Positions 28,510 to 39,355 of a DNA stretch of 64,000 nucleotides are shown one piece after another (positions within the stretch are counted from its first letter, which is position 1; each line of letters starts with the position of its first letter). Below the pieces are notes generated by a model. It searched no databases and was not told the origin of the DNA. It worked only from the letters and a program-made list of their open reading frames with translations. This DNA comes from a virus. The stretch is from the IMG/VR virus record IMGVR_UViG_3300024239_000016, positions 113,678-177,677 of that record. One strand, 5' to 3'. The translations under genes were made by a program, and so were the position numbers.

Positions 28510-29757
28510 ATGAATAAATTATGGTTTAGTCCTGAGAGCATTAGCTTTCAGAAGAATGAAAAATTCAAAATTGAGCTGACAGAATGTATCGAGCAGCTAC
28601 AGACCGCTGATGTTCGTAACGGTCGTAATCATGAAATTCTGCAAAGGTTACAAAAAGTTATTGAGGATCACTCTGGAATTTCAGTAAACATAATTCAGAA
28701 AGAAGATGATAATGGCATCCGTATCGGAATGCCGATGATGACCAAGAATCATGTACTTTTTGACGAAATGCGACAGACTGTGGCGAGTACTACCGATTTA
28801 GTCAGGACTCTCGGGAACGATAAGTTTATCAAGGGTTTTGCTGATCCGTCAACAGGACGCATTGGCGGTGCATTCAGCAAGATAATGGTGGATCTCCATC
28901 TACCTAACAAAGATGTATTTACAAGCGGCCTAACAGCTGGAATGATCGCGGCCGTGATTCTGCACGAACTGGGTCACATCTGGTGCTACTACTTCTACTT
29001 CGGTGCTGTTGTTAGAACTAGCAGCGTGTTCGAGTACCTGCAACGTAATCTGACCGATGAACTCGATGAGCGTGAGCGTATTTTTGTAATCACCACTGCT
29101 GGCCGCGCAGCTGGTATGCCCGATAGTGATATCAAGGCGGCTACCAATATCAAATCCAAAGATGTGGTTCAGATGGTGCTTGTCTCAAATACGGCCGATA
29201 CCATCCGTTCTCAGCTAGGAGCTAATATTTACGATCACACTACGTGGGAATCGTTAGCTGACGAATACGCTGTTCGGATGGGGGCCGGAGTCGAACTAGC
29301 CACAGCTTTAGATATGATCTATCGCCGCGGTCTCTCTAGATCGCACCGTGGGTGGACTCTTTATCTCTTCTTTGAAGTGATCAAGTTGATTCTGATTGCT
29401 ATTCCTGGTCTAAATTTCATGGGAGTTATGTTGATCCTCATGGATGCCAGTTCCGCACATCACGATGATCCCGAAGCGCGCTTTAAACGCTTCCGTGACC
29501 AGTTTGTACAAGGACTGAAACAACCGGATATCACGCCCGATGAGAGGAAGAGATTTCTCGAGAACATCGATAGGATGAATGCGCTTCTTGCCGAGGTAGA
29601 GGATAAGCGTCAGTTCCTCTCAGTCATTGTGGAAGCAATTGTTCCTAGCTTACGCCGGCGTAAGTCTACGTTAGACAAAATTCGTATCCTCGAAGGGCTA
29701 GCCACCAACGAGCTCTTTATTCTTTCTCAACAAATCAAATCGGATCTACAGTCCTAA
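28510..29757 (+). CDS. Virion/head protein with zincin-like HExxH motif
   Basis: ILHELGH and ESLADEYA motifs, hydrophobic segments, N-terminal SPE head-protease-type site; first gene of the head-protein cluster. Confidence 0.65.
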   Translation: MNKLWFSPESISFQKNEKFKIELTECIEQLQTADVRNGRNHEILQRLQKVIEDHSGISVNIIQKEDDNGIRIGMPMMTKNHVLFDEMRQTVASTTDLVRTLGNDKFIKGFADPSTGRIGGAFSKIMVDLHLPNKDVFTSGLTAGMIAAVILHELGHIWCYYFYFGAVVRTSSVFEYLQRNLTDELDERERIFVITTAGRAAGMPDSDIKAATNIKSKDVVQMVLVSNTADTIRSQLGANIYDHTTWESLADEYAVRMGAGVELATALDMIYRRGLSRSHRGWTLYLFFEVIKLILIAIPGLNFMGVMLILMDASSAHHDDPEARFKRFRDQFVQGLKQPDITPDERKRFLENIDRMNALLAEVEDKRQFLSVIVEAIVPSLRRRKSTLDKIRILEGLATNELFILSQQIKSDLQS

Positions 29758-29766
29758 GGAAACAAC

Positions 29767-30267
29767 ATGAAATTTCTTCCCTTTTATCTGAGCCTTGCCG
29801 AGCAAAACCAACTGGTCAGTTCTGTTGGTATTACCAACACTGGTATTGGCGAGCGTCGCAAGATCATTGGTTTCGCTCTCGGTGAAGCCATTGGTACCTA
29901 CTTGCCAATTGAGTTCACCTCGGAACAAGAGGCCGATTTGAAGTTCTCGAAAGAGTACCGTACTTCCCTCGAAGATGCCATCGCCATGTTCAACGAGTTC
30001 ATGATTCTGGAGCGCAACTGCGCTCTCGATATCGCCAAAGGCGTCTACATGTATCGCACCGTGATGGCGAATACGGATGCTTTGCAGGCCAACTGGGCTG
30101 GTCTCCACGCGACCATTCGGAACTTCATTCCGGAAGATGACATGGCATTCTACGAAAAGAATGCCTGCGCAATCAGTAACTTCAGCCGAAGTTTCCGCGC
30201 TCTTTTCAATGAGCGGCTTAAGGAAATAGCAGAGCGGGCTGCTAAGGATCTGAACTCCGGGTACTAA
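29767..30267 (+). CDS. Putative virion protein
   Basis: 166 aa, AAGGA RBS, in the head cluster. Confidence 0.6.
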   Translation: MKFLPFYLSLAEQNQLVSSVGITNTGIGERRKIIGFALGEAIGTYLPIEFTSEQEADLKFSKEYRTSLEDAIAMFNEFMILERNCALDIAKGVYMYRTVMANTDALQANWAGLHATIRNFIPEDDMAFYEKNACAISNFSRSFRALFNERLKEIAERAAKDLNSGY

Positions 30268-30277
30268 TCAACTAACG

Positions 30278-30316
30278 AATAAATGGCACCTAGTGGTGCC
30301 ATTTATTTACTTTTTG
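30278..30316 (+). terminator. Intrinsic terminator
   Basis: AATAAATGGCACC-TAGT-GGTGCCATTTATT. Confidence 0.7.
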
Positions 30317-30330
30317 TTTCAGAGGTGGAT

Positions 30331-32439
30331 ATGTCATTAAACGATGATTTTTTAACAGACGAAGAGCGCGCTGCTCGTACTGACAAAGCGCAAGAAGAGC
30401 TTTTTGCAAACGAGTTTGGCACACCGCCAATTTCGATCGGGAATATGGTAGGCGATGACTCCAGTCCCAGTAAGTTCTTTGTCAATCCGAATCCAAACGA
30501 GATTCCAGTTCTGCTGGAAGATCTAAAGCTGATCGAAAGCCTGGAATCAGCGCTGGATGATCTCAACGATCTGCGGATTACAATTGTTCAGAATGGTGGC
30601 ATTGATCGCGCTATGGCAGCTAGCATGGAGTCGTTCGTGCCCGAACTGCTGGCAAGACGACCGCTGAACTCTTTCAGCTTACATCAGTCGATTACAAACT
30701 ACCAGATTAGTCTGGAAGAGATCGATAAGAAACGGCTTGGCATTTATGCAGGTCTCACTGCTGCGCTTATGGCCATTGTCTGGAAGATCTACAAATGGCT
30801 ATTCGGTAAGAAAGAAGGTAGCAGCAGCGACGCTACATCTTCGGTAGCTAGCGGCGAAGCCGTAGAAGCTCGTACCGAGATGGTGGTTGATGCAGCTGAG
30901 ACATCGCCTATTGTTGAACAAGCAACGGCTGTCATCGCTGAGCGTCATCGCGAAAATAGCGAGGTCACCAAAGCTCGTCGAAACCTGGACGCTGAGATCA
31001 AGCAACTCCTTGACAATTCGACTGAAGGAAAGACAATTGGTTTCCTTGGGAAGAGTTCTGAAATTCAGGAGATCTATCGCTTGATTATTACAAGCTCCTC
31101 ATGGAACTATCAGCAGATCGTTCATCGCCTGGAATTGCTGCTTGATCATATCAAAGCGGCTAGCGATGCGATTGGTAATCCTAGCTCTCCAGCATTCACT
31201 GCTGTCTTGGACGCAATGCGTGCAACCGGTGATTACCGCAGTCAGGTTCGTAGTCCTGAAGACCGTCATCTGGTAACTGGCGGCGGCGGGGTTGGTCTGA
31301 ATGCGCTGGTTCCGGCGATCGCCTATCGCAATCCGTCTATGCAAGTTGGGAAAAATGTCCCGGGATATGTGTTGCGCACTGGTATCATGTTCCGTCAGAA
31401 GTTTATTGACATTGGTTCTATCTCCTATTTCTTCAAAGACCAATCTGGTCTGCGCGGAATGATAGAGGCCCATGACGTTTACAGTCGCGACATGGGACAG
31501 ATCTATGAAGATATCAAGCGTCTTGCTGAATCTTCTATCGTGACCGATTACATCAAGGCCAGTCGTGAAATTGAGCGGGAGCTCAAAGATACTCTTCCCG
31601 CTATCGAAAAAGCTACCGAAGCTGCCGATGCGTACATGAAGAAGTTGCCGAAGAAAACAAATGGCAAGATGGCGGATACCACTCCAGGTATCTACAATCG
31701 AGACTCTGCTTTCCGCGATGACATGGCTGGGACGACGCATGTGGATTTCGATGGGGATAAAGTAGTTCCAGATGTAAACCCCGAGACCCAAGAACCCCCC
31801 GTTCACGGTGAAGGTACAGCTGGTGTTCAGCCGGATGGTTCGGTTAAAGAGCCTCGCGTTCCCTTGGACAGGAGCGGTAGTGGCGATAGTACGCGCTACA
31901 ACGCTCAATACGCAAATCACGAACTGATCTTTCGCTTCCTGGAACATGAGCTGCGCGGTAAAGTTCGTGAAGTTACTGATTGGGGCGCTGTGCTTGGTTT
32001 TATCGCTCGCGATATCTCCATCATCAACTTACGCCTTACGTCCAAATTGATGACTTCCCAACAGGCTAGCCTTGCTGAAATTCGTCGGTCGCTCACTGGC
32101 AAAGACGATAAGGGCGAACAGAAAGACTTCGTTGCTGAGATGGATGCGAAGCTTCTCGGTATTCTGGAAATGATTATCCAGAAAACAAAGAATGCTAACG
32201 TCACCATGGCAGACAAGCCTCGCAAGCTGTGGTCCATTCAAGGTATGCTTGATAAGATCGTACGGCCGGTTAGTCAGTTCCTTGGACTTAGCAAGGATAA
32301 TCATGAGAAGTTCAATGACGCTTTTGCGACATATACCAAAGCGCTGCATGAGATGGCTGATGTCTTCGAAAAGGAATTCGATTCGGAAACAGCTAACCGC
32401 TTGCGTGCAATGGCTAAATCAACAACGTTTGTTGAATAA
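30331..32439 (+). CDS. Inner head (ejection-type) protein
   Basis: Acidic propeptide with SLE/SME sites followed by a K/W-rich helix; start at 30331 with GAGGTG RBS. Confidence 0.65.
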   Translation: MSLNDDFLTDEERAARTDKAQEELFANEFGTPPISIGNMVGDDSSPSKFFVNPNPNEIPVLLEDLKLIESLESALDDLNDLRITIVQNGGIDRAMAASMESFVPELLARRPLNSFSLHQSITNYQISLEEIDKKRLGIYAGLTAALMAIVWKIYKWLFGKKEGSSSDATSSVASGEAVEARTEMVVDAAETSPIVEQATAVIAERHRENSEVTKARRNLDAEIKQLLDNSTEGKTIGFLGKSSEIQEIYRLIITSSSWNYQQIVHRLELLLDHIKAASDAIGNPSSPAFTAVLDAMRATGDYRSQVRSPEDRHLVTGGGGVGLNALVPAIAYRNPSMQVGKNVPGYVLRTGIMFRQKFIDIGSISYFFKDQSGLRGMIEAHDVYSRDMGQIYEDIKRLAESSIVTDYIKASREIERELKDTLPAIEKATEAADAYMKKLPKKTNGKMADTTPGIYNRDSAFRDDMAGTTHVDFDGDKVVPDVNPETQEPPVHGEGTAGVQPDGSVKEPRVPLDRSGSGDSTRYNAQYANHELIFRFLEHELRGKVREVTDWGAVLGFIARDISIINLRLTSKLMTSQQASLAEIRRSLTGKDDKGEQKDFVAEMDAKLLGILEMIIQKTKNANVTMADKPRKLWSIQGMLDKIVRPVSQFLGLSKDNHEKFNDAFATYTKALHEMADVFEKEFDSETANRLRAMAKSTTFVE

Positions 32440-32453
32440 GCTTTAAAATACCA

Positions 32454-32479
32454 CCTCCTACCCCTCTCGGGGTAGGAGG
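32454..32479. terminator. Hairpin at convergent junction
   Basis: CCTCCTACCCC-TCTC-GGGGTAGGAGG. Confidence 0.75.
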
Positions 32480-32485
32480 AATGGT

Positions 32486-35428
32486 TTATGATTTATGACT
32501 AATCCAGTTAAACGTAATGTCGTCAACCACAGTCGTAGTGCTATCGGCTAACGCAATCAGTTTTTGCCGAACGCTACACCGATTGTGCTGGTTGATGATT
32601 GTGACCGCACTGTAATTTGCAGTACCTCCCAATCCCTTCACGCCGACATCGATAACATCATTGCCAAATACACGGCGTAATTCTTCGATGATAGCTGAGA
32701 TTGAGATTTGAGTCTTCGTTAACTCAGACTTCAACACAGAGGACGCTTTATTGACCAGTGTATTCTTGAGGGCATCGTTGTTATTGACCGCTTCAGTTAC
32801 ATAAAGATCAATAACCAAAGCTTGCTCGGCATGGATGTTTGCACGACGGCTATCATCCACAATTACTTCGATCAGGCCAATGAGTACCTTTGGATGGAAG
32901 AAGACACTAGTGTTATCCAGCGTTTTCATTCCGATCTCGGACAGCTCACTAACAATCCAGGAAGCGAGCGCATCGTGCGCTTTCTTGCGATATGTCTGGA
33001 TAGCAGGATCGGTAGCGAAATAATAGAGCCCATCCAACATGAGGATATCGATGTATCTCGAAATAGCTCGCTCCGATTCAATAACTGGTTGGCCATTCTC
33101 GATAACAAGATCGCCTGCCATGTGCGCGTACACTACATCGCCATCTTCCGTCATCTGAGGATCGCCAGCGCGATGCAGGATCTCATTATAGACGACCTCA
33201 CCATCAATGATTCTGAAGATCTGGTTGGTCTCAGGATCTCTGGCGTACTGATTCTCGGTATAACGTTTTGGGATACTGACTGTATGGCGTTTGTATGCCA
33301 TCTCGTCAACATATGAGCGAGCTCTCTTCCACAATGCATCGAGTGGCTTGCCGATCGTGTAATCCAACTGCTCATGATTGACAGTGTAAACCACCTCTGG
33401 CAGAATAGCACGACCAATAACACTATCGATATTTGAGTACGAGTACTGAGGGCCAACCTGAGCAGTAGTGACAAAGAAAATATCGAAAACCGCATCGAGA
33501 TCCAGTGCCACATTTAGAGGGTCCTCGGTATACATGTAGAAATCATTAAAAATCATACTGTGATTTCTGTCGATGTCGAAATTTGTCTTGAGCTTGAACT
33601 CGAAGATTCGCTCGCCGTCGCTCTCTACCCTGATCAACTCTGCGTTGATATACGCGCGATCTCGCTGATTGTGTGGCCGAATACCAAGCTGACAAATGAG
33701 CTCACTGTCGTTGAGACCTGTGCGGACAGTCTCTGATGAAACTGTACGGATTAGCAACGAATACCCGTAATCTGTTTTAACGCAATCCGCTACTTGAACG
33801 CCAACTTGCAAAAGCGAAGAAGCATTTTCTGCAATGAATAGCTTTGCGTTGAAGACCGGATCAACGAGATAATACGCTCGTAGATCAAAATCCGAAGTAG
33901 TGGCATCGAGAACATAATGGAACGGAGTGTATTTGTACTCTTTAGAACTGAGCTCAACTACCTTTTGCTCAACGCTCAGTTCTTTCAGATGCCTCAGTTC
34001 ATCCGCCGTCAAATGACGGTAGTCTCCATTGTCGTAGACGAAAAACGCCTCAGGAGTGATAGTGACTCGATACCCATTATCAATAATACCTGATTTATCC
34101 ACCAATGTACTCAGTCTGGTAGATACAACACTCATGTTAGCCGCAATCCCACTACTGGCACGCGGAGTAATCGTCGATGACAGCAGCGTTGAATAATCGC
34201 TAACCGATGGAGCGATTAGCTCACGCGTCGCTAAGAAAACGCGATCTGTAACCACGTCAATGCCCTTGATGATCGTATAACCGGCATCAACTAACTCTTG
34301 GTTTATCTGCGCTGGAGTGATCGGAATTTGTGGCTTACCAATTGAGTTGGTAAAGATACGTTCACGAATTTCGTCAACAGTCAGTGGTTTCCGACCGCCA
34401 GTAGTAATCGAAGATGATGCACAAGCCACAGATCTGAACGTATTCAGCGGAGCCGAGTAGACCGTATTATCGGAAGGACTCACAGCAAACCACTTGGCTA
34501 CGAATTCAGTAATCGGGTACTCGGATAGGTTGATCGAGATATCGCCTTTTGTGTAATAGACATCAGCACGCACAGTTCCGCTAATCGAACCATTCTGTGT
34601 AAAGATTTGCGGCAGGCTAACTCTCACAAAGCCATCATAAGGCTCGACCACCGCACACGGCGTAGCCAAGTCCACAACGCGGTTGGATAGAACCACAGGG
34701 AGTTCTTTCTCACCTGATGAGTCGCTAACGAACACTCGCGCTGTGTAGTAATTATCAGGGAACTGGATATCCAGCTTAAACTGCTGAGATGGACTGATGG
34801 ATCCTGTTTTGCTGATGAACGCAAACTGATCAACTTCCAACTGCATAGTCAGCCAGCGGCCATTCACATTGTCGTATACGAACTCGCCCCAAGGAATTGC
34901 GTTTGCCGAGAGCTCTTTGAGAGGCGACTGCTTGGATGTATCGTACACAACTGTGAGTCCGCCATGCTCCATCCGACGGATCTCGACTGGATACTGCAGA
35001 CTAAACTGAATATCCGCTACAGTGAAAGTGGTATTGCGCGGAATCACTAGTTTATGGATATTCAAAACAGGATCTCTGACCATGGCAGCTTGCAGCTCTG
35101 TCATGGCTAAACTTAACTGGATGGTGATCCTGGATGGTTGAGAGAAGATCTTTGAAATATCTCGATCGGAAATATGGGAGTAGAGCTCCATCATCGTGGT
35201 GCTAGCGCGCTCGTACTGATTACGATGAGCTACTTCCATCCGAGCAGCCGCCGCAGAGACCATTGCTGCATTTGCGCCCAACAGAGCAGCAAAAGGATTA
35301 CTGGTATCCGGTAAGGTAAGATCGCCATTAGAGATCTCTTCTAGAGCTGTAATAGCTTGTCTCTGGATACTTGCTGGACTGTGGATGTAAATACCAACAT
35401 TATCAATTAGTTTATCAAAAACTGACAT
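32486..35428 (-). CDS. Virion baseplate wedge protein (T4 gp6/baseplate-J-like, phiKZ gp87 position)
   Basis: 980 aa beta-rich protein; synteny with the phiKZ structural block; PQIPITPAQI motif. Confidence 0.6.
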   Translation of the reverse strand: MSVFDKLIDNVGIYIHSPASIQRQAITALEEISNGDLTLPDTSNPFAALLGANAAMVSAAAARMEVAHRNQYERASTTMMELYSHISDRDISKIFSQPSRITIQLSLAMTELQAAMVRDPVLNIHKLVIPRNTTFTVADIQFSLQYPVEIRRMEHGGLTVVYDTSKQSPLKELSANAIPWGEFVYDNVNGRWLTMQLEVDQFAFISKTGSISPSQQFKLDIQFPDNYYTARVFVSDSSGEKELPVVLSNRVVDLATPCAVVEPYDGFVRVSLPQIFTQNGSISGTVRADVYYTKGDISINLSEYPITEFVAKWFAVSPSDNTVYSAPLNTFRSVACASSSITTGGRKPLTVDEIRERIFTNSIGKPQIPITPAQINQELVDAGYTIIKGIDVVTDRVFLATRELIAPSVSDYSTLLSSTITPRASSGIAANMSVVSTRLSTLVDKSGIIDNGYRVTITPEAFFVYDNGDYRHLTADELRHLKELSVEQKVVELSSKEYKYTPFHYVLDATTSDFDLRAYYLVDPVFNAKLFIAENASSLLQVGVQVADCVKTDYGYSLLIRTVSSETVRTGLNDSELICQLGIRPHNQRDRAYINAELIRVESDGERIFEFKLKTNFDIDRNHSMIFNDFYMYTEDPLNVALDLDAVFDIFFVTTAQVGPQYSYSNIDSVIGRAILPEVVYTVNHEQLDYTIGKPLDALWKRARSYVDEMAYKRHTVSIPKRYTENQYARDPETNQIFRIIDGEVVYNEILHRAGDPQMTEDGDVVYAHMAGDLVIENGQPVIESERAISRYIDILMLDGLYYFATDPAIQTYRKKAHDALASWIVSELSEIGMKTLDNTSVFFHPKVLIGLIEVIVDDSRRANIHAEQALVIDLYVTEAVNNNDALKNTLVNKASSVLKSELTKTQISISAIIEELRRVFGNDVIDVGVKGLGGTANYSAVTIINQHNRCSVRQKLIALADSTTTVVDDITFNWISHKS

Positions 35429-35439
35429 GCTCTTTTCCT

Positions 35440-36543
35440 TTAGTTGGTGTTAGCTGAGGATACTTCATTGTGGACGTTGATTCTCGCTCCAGATATGTAC
35501 TGTGCGACTTCCAAGTATTTATCTCTCGGAATCCACCATTCCAACTCAGCGGTGTCAATATTGATGTAAGGATAGCCGTTGTGGTTATAGATGAACAACT
35601 CATCTCGCGGAATCTTCACCATCGCGTTTTCGCGATAACCATCCATCATGTCGCCGTTAGTCATCCGAACGGCTCTGTTGAATTGATCTATTACGATATC
35701 GTCGTAATGCAATTGGCCGTAGCACTTGAAACGACAAGTAACTAAGTCATTGGCTGTATTGATTGTTTTGCCAAATTCAAAGTTATGTGCGGCAGCTGAT
35801 GACACAGCCACTGGGTGGGAGGCCCCAGTGCACATAATCTGGGAAAGACTATATCCATCTGACTTAAGTACGATTGAATAAATCCGAGAATCAAAATCGC
35901 GTCGTCTTGCCAGAACGTACGGAGGGTACGGGACCATTATTCCGGCAAAAACATAAGCTTGATAAATGATCCACATTGCGAGCATGTAAATAGAAACATT
36001 ACCATCCATATTCCGCATCGTCATGTCGATGTCAAATGAACGGTAAATATCAATAGGTCCGTCAATCCACCCGTAGGATTCTTGCATCTTCCCATCCGGG
36101 GAATTGTACGTCTGGGCCGCTATATCTTGCCATCCAGAGACAGCTTGTGCTGTTTCCATGAATATTGGTATGAATGCTTGTCTATTGTCGACAAATGGAG
36201 AGGTGATTTCTCCCTTCGGTGCGAGACGTGGATCAAGCAAGCAACGAATGGCTCTGGCTAGGGAATATCTGTTACCGATTGCTAGCGAGTTGAACTTACG
36301 ATCAGCTCTTAGATTATCGGAACTCAGATTCAAGCGAGGCCTTGTAATAAAGATCAGGGGAGTCTGTTCTCTATTGCGCGGTAATGCAGTTGGTGCTTTC
36401 CGATGGTTGAGGCCAAAGAAAGCATTTGTGTAAACCTGATCCATGTGACCGTAAGGACCTTGGACCATAATTTTCTTCAATAGATCCACTCCAGCATCTG
36501 CTGCTTCGCGTGTGATCTGAAACTGTTCAGTTTCGTTTGCCAT
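35440..36543 (-). CDS. Virion structural protein (phiKZ gp88 position; tail-tube-like baseplate fold possible)
   Basis: 367 aa; IFITRPRLNLS..N motif; synteny. Confidence 0.55.
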   Translation of the reverse strand: MANETEQFQITREAADAGVDLLKKIMVQGPYGHMDQVYTNAFFGLNHRKAPTALPRNREQTPLIFITRPRLNLSSDNLRADRKFNSLAIGNRYSLARAIRCLLDPRLAPKGEITSPFVDNRQAFIPIFMETAQAVSGWQDIAAQTYNSPDGKMQESYGWIDGPIDIYRSFDIDMTMRNMDGNVSIYMLAMWIIYQAYVFAGIMVPYPPYVLARRRDFDSRIYSIVLKSDGYSLSQIMCTGASHPVAVSSAAAHNFEFGKTINTANDLVTCRFKCYGQLHYDDIVIDQFNRAVRMTNGDMMDGYRENAMVKIPRDELFIYNHNGYPYINIDTAELEWWIPRDKYLEVAQYISGARINVHNEVSSANTN

Positions 36544-36616
36544 TTTTTCTTACCTTTTTCAATAGGTCTAGTCATGATGATTTGCGGCAGAAGTTAATCC
36601 TTGCTGACAAATTAGC

Positions 36617-36622
36617 CATAGA
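36617..36622 (-). promoter_or_regulatory. Putative late promoter (TCTATG)
   Basis: TATG core on the minus strand about 75 nt upstream of the baseplate operon. Confidence 0.35.
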
Positions 36623-36652
36623 CTAACATTTTTTTTTATCAGGGAAAACATC

Positions 36653-37771
36653 ATGTTCAGGATTGATGAAGTCGGTTTGAATGTAATCCGTCGTATCACG
36701 GATCTCTGGAATGCCAGTCAGAGTAAGTCGTATGCTGATTATGTTGCTATCACCCGTATCGAACCGATCACACTCGTCGATTCGGATCTGATCAACTACA
36801 AACATACCGAAATGGTGCTCAAGACGTTGGTGAATATCTTCGCCTCGTACTACTTGCGTGCCTGGACTATCGCGACTGGCTTGGGATTCAACTCAATTGA
36901 GATTCGTCGTAATCTCGATCGTCTGAATCCAAACCGCAGTGCGCTGAAGAGCGGGGTAGATGCAGCTGGTTGGGTAATGTCAGCTGAAAACGCCAATCTG
37001 CTTCGTCTTTCTGGTCCTTCACTGACTGCGAGTCTGGAAGCCATTCGTGCTGAAATTCCGAACTTCCAACTGAATGACGAACCGACCAGCGGTAACATGA
37101 CTGTCGGTCGCGATACTGTCACCAATTTGAAGGAGCTAGTCAGTCTGGCTGTCGGTAAAGAGCTAGCGCTCAATATCCGTGATGGTGACAACGAAGCTAC
37201 CATCATGGCCAACGTTCGGCTCATGACAACCAATATTCCCACTCCCGATCTGGTTCGTTTGCTGGGTCATGCTGGTCAGTTGACCGGATGGAAAGAGCGC
37301 ATGATTGGTTGGCAGACTGGTCGTCTCGAATTTATTCGCGACATCTGTCTTTGTCAGGATCTGATCAGCGAACATCGCAAGAATCTGAACGCGGATCGTA
37401 GCGGAATCATGAAGAAGATCCTGAGCCGTCGGCGTTCGAACAAACTGGCAAGTATCTTCTCCGCCAATCCTTCGATTGCCACTGCATCCAACATCGCTGT
37501 TATCTCCACCGATACTGCTCGGATGCTGGAAGATCAACTCAGTGGCAAACTGGATGATTTCAGCACTCGTGAGAAAGTCTTCGATGACACTTACCTGATG
37601 CTGATGGTTGTAGTGGATAAGCAATGGGAGCGCTGCACCATCTACACCCAGGGTACCGATATGGCGCAGGATATCTCCTTCATCGAAATGAAGGGCTCCA
37701 ATAAGGATGGTCCGGATATCATGGAAGCGCTGAAGGCGTATCGTGCTGGGCAAGGTCAAGTCTCGTTCTAA
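36653..37771 (+). CDS. Inner body/head protein (phiKZ gp89-like)
   Basis: 372 aa; EPITLVDSDL motif; internal SAE/SLE sites; synteny. Confidence 0.65.
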   Translation: MFRIDEVGLNVIRRITDLWNASQSKSYADYVAITRIEPITLVDSDLINYKHTEMVLKTLVNIFASYYLRAWTIATGLGFNSIEIRRNLDRLNPNRSALKSGVDAAGWVMSAENANLLRLSGPSLTASLEAIRAEIPNFQLNDEPTSGNMTVGRDTVTNLKELVSLAVGKELALNIRDGDNEATIMANVRLMTTNIPTPDLVRLLGHAGQLTGWKERMIGWQTGRLEFIRDICLCQDLISEHRKNLNADRSGIMKKILSRRRSNKLASIFSANPSIATASNIAVISTDTARMLEDQLSGKLDDFSTREKVFDDTYLMLMVVVDKQWERCTIYTQGTDMAQDISFIEMKGSNKDGPDIMEALKAYRAGQGQVSF

Positions 37772-37793
37772 AACAAGTTTAGGAGCTCTATAA

Positions 37794-38696
37794 ATGAAAC
37801 TGAATATTTTCCGTAAGAAGCTTCCTGACACGATTGAACGGGATCGTGTTCTCGAAGAACTCCGCACTGCTGAGGGTCATCTGCTGGAGACAACTCTGCC
37901 AGCATATGAAGCAGTCGCTGACGTTGGAGTAGAGCCGATGAGCAAGGTGGTCCTGGCTGTTGACTCTGAAATCAACCGCATGATGGAATCATCTGTGCGT
38001 AGTCGCAATACTGTCGTTCGAATTCACGATGGTCTGGACAAAGCCGTTCGCGCGAATATCCACTATCTGGAATCGTACGTTTCCAAGAACTTCAACGACA
38101 AGTTACTGGCCGATGGCATCACGTTCGTGAATGCGAATGTGCTGCAGTTGGTTGAAATGACGTCGTTCGTCATCCATTACGCTCGTCGTTATCTGGACTT
38201 TGTCCTGACGATGGAAAGCATCGCTCTTGATCCGGATAGCATCAGCACTGCTGATTCAATTACCCCTGGTGAAATTGAATGGATTCAGTCCAACGCTACG
38301 AATTTTGCGATTGCTTTCAATTGCGTTACTCGTGAACGTCATTCGGTCGAGAAGGCTCTGGACTCCATTCCTGAGATCTCGATTGTCGAAGGTAATGAAG
38401 ACACTCTCGCTCGCACCATGGGTATCTCCAAGATCGATCCGTTCAATCTGCGCCTGGTTCCTTTGGCTGTTCATCCGTTCTACATCCTGGGTATGTGGTG
38501 GGTGGAAGTCGAAGCTGAGCGCCGTAAGGTGGCTATCGAAGAACTCAAGCGCATCCAGGCTCGCAAGCTGCATCTGGAGAATCTCAAGATGGGAGCCAGC
38601 GATCCTCGTATCGAGAAAGAGATCATCGGTATCACGGCACGTATTCAAACGCTGAATGCTCGCATTCGTCGGATTGAAGACAAGGCTAACAAGTAA
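37794..38696 (+). CDS. Head protein (phiKZ gp90-like)
   Basis: 300 aa, AGGAG RBS, C-terminal coiled coil; synteny. Confidence 0.6.
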   Translation: MKLNIFRKKLPDTIERDRVLEELRTAEGHLLETTLPAYEAVADVGVEPMSKVVLAVDSEINRMMESSVRSRNTVVRIHDGLDKAVRANIHYLESYVSKNFNDKLLADGITFVNANVLQLVEMTSFVIHYARRYLDFVLTMESIALDPDSISTADSITPGEIEWIQSNATNFAIAFNCVTRERHSVEKALDSIPEISIVEGNEDTLARTMGISKIDPFNLRLVPLAVHPFYILGMWWVEVEAERRKVAIEELKRIQARKLHLENLKMGASDPRIEKEIIGITARIQTLNARIRRIEDKANK

Positions 38697-38710
38697 CTCG
38701 AGGGGGTGAT

Positions 38711-39337
38711 ATGAGTCGCACTTTTCAGATTCACCCTCACGGCTTTCTTGGTGCCGTGAGTCCGGATGCACATTCTCAGGCTCTGTCTCGTATCGATACC
38801 ACGCGTCTTTCGTTCGGTAGTTTCCACTATCGCTCTGATGTGAAGTATCCACACAATCGAGACGTTGCTGATCTCTTTCATGAATATCAGACCAACCTTC
38901 GTACAAGGGATACGTTTCAATTCTATGAGCGTGTTCTTGGCGCAGCTCTAAAGTGCTTCGGCACCGATGACTTTTTTGAGTGGTTAGCTGCTCAGGCGCA
39001 AGCCGAAACAACTGACTACCTACATGCTCGTTTCCTGAAAGATACTGTGAGGTTTATCTTTGGCGGTAATCGGGAAATGATGATTGATCAGTGGCAACAA
39101 CTGCTGAGCAATAATCGCGAGATGGCAGGAGTTATCGCTGAGCTACCTCGCTCTCAAGATGCATTTCGCGAAATGCTAGCCTATGCTGAAGAAATGGCAA
39201 AGGGTAACAGCATCAACGATGATGAGCGAGTACCACCAAAGTATCGGCGCGTTATCTATGTCATCTTTGAATGGGTAAAGCGACCAAATGGAATTGCTGA
39301 TTTGCTGAAGACGACGAACATCCTCTTCGGTAAATAA
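38711..39337 (+). CDS. Conserved hypothetical protein of the head cluster
   Basis: 208 aa, GAGG RBS; GTDDFFEWL motif. Confidence 0.6.
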   Translation: MSRTFQIHPHGFLGAVSPDAHSQALSRIDTTRLSFGSFHYRSDVKYPHNRDVADLFHEYQTNLRTRDTFQFYERVLGAALKCFGTDDFFEWLAAQAQAETTDYLHARFLKDTVRFIFGGNREMMIDQWQQLLSNNREMAGVIAELPRSQDAFREMLAYAEEMAKGNSINDDERVPPKYRRVIYVIFEWVKRPNGIADLLKTTNILFGK

Positions 39338-39355
39338 GTAAAGCAGATGACTGGC

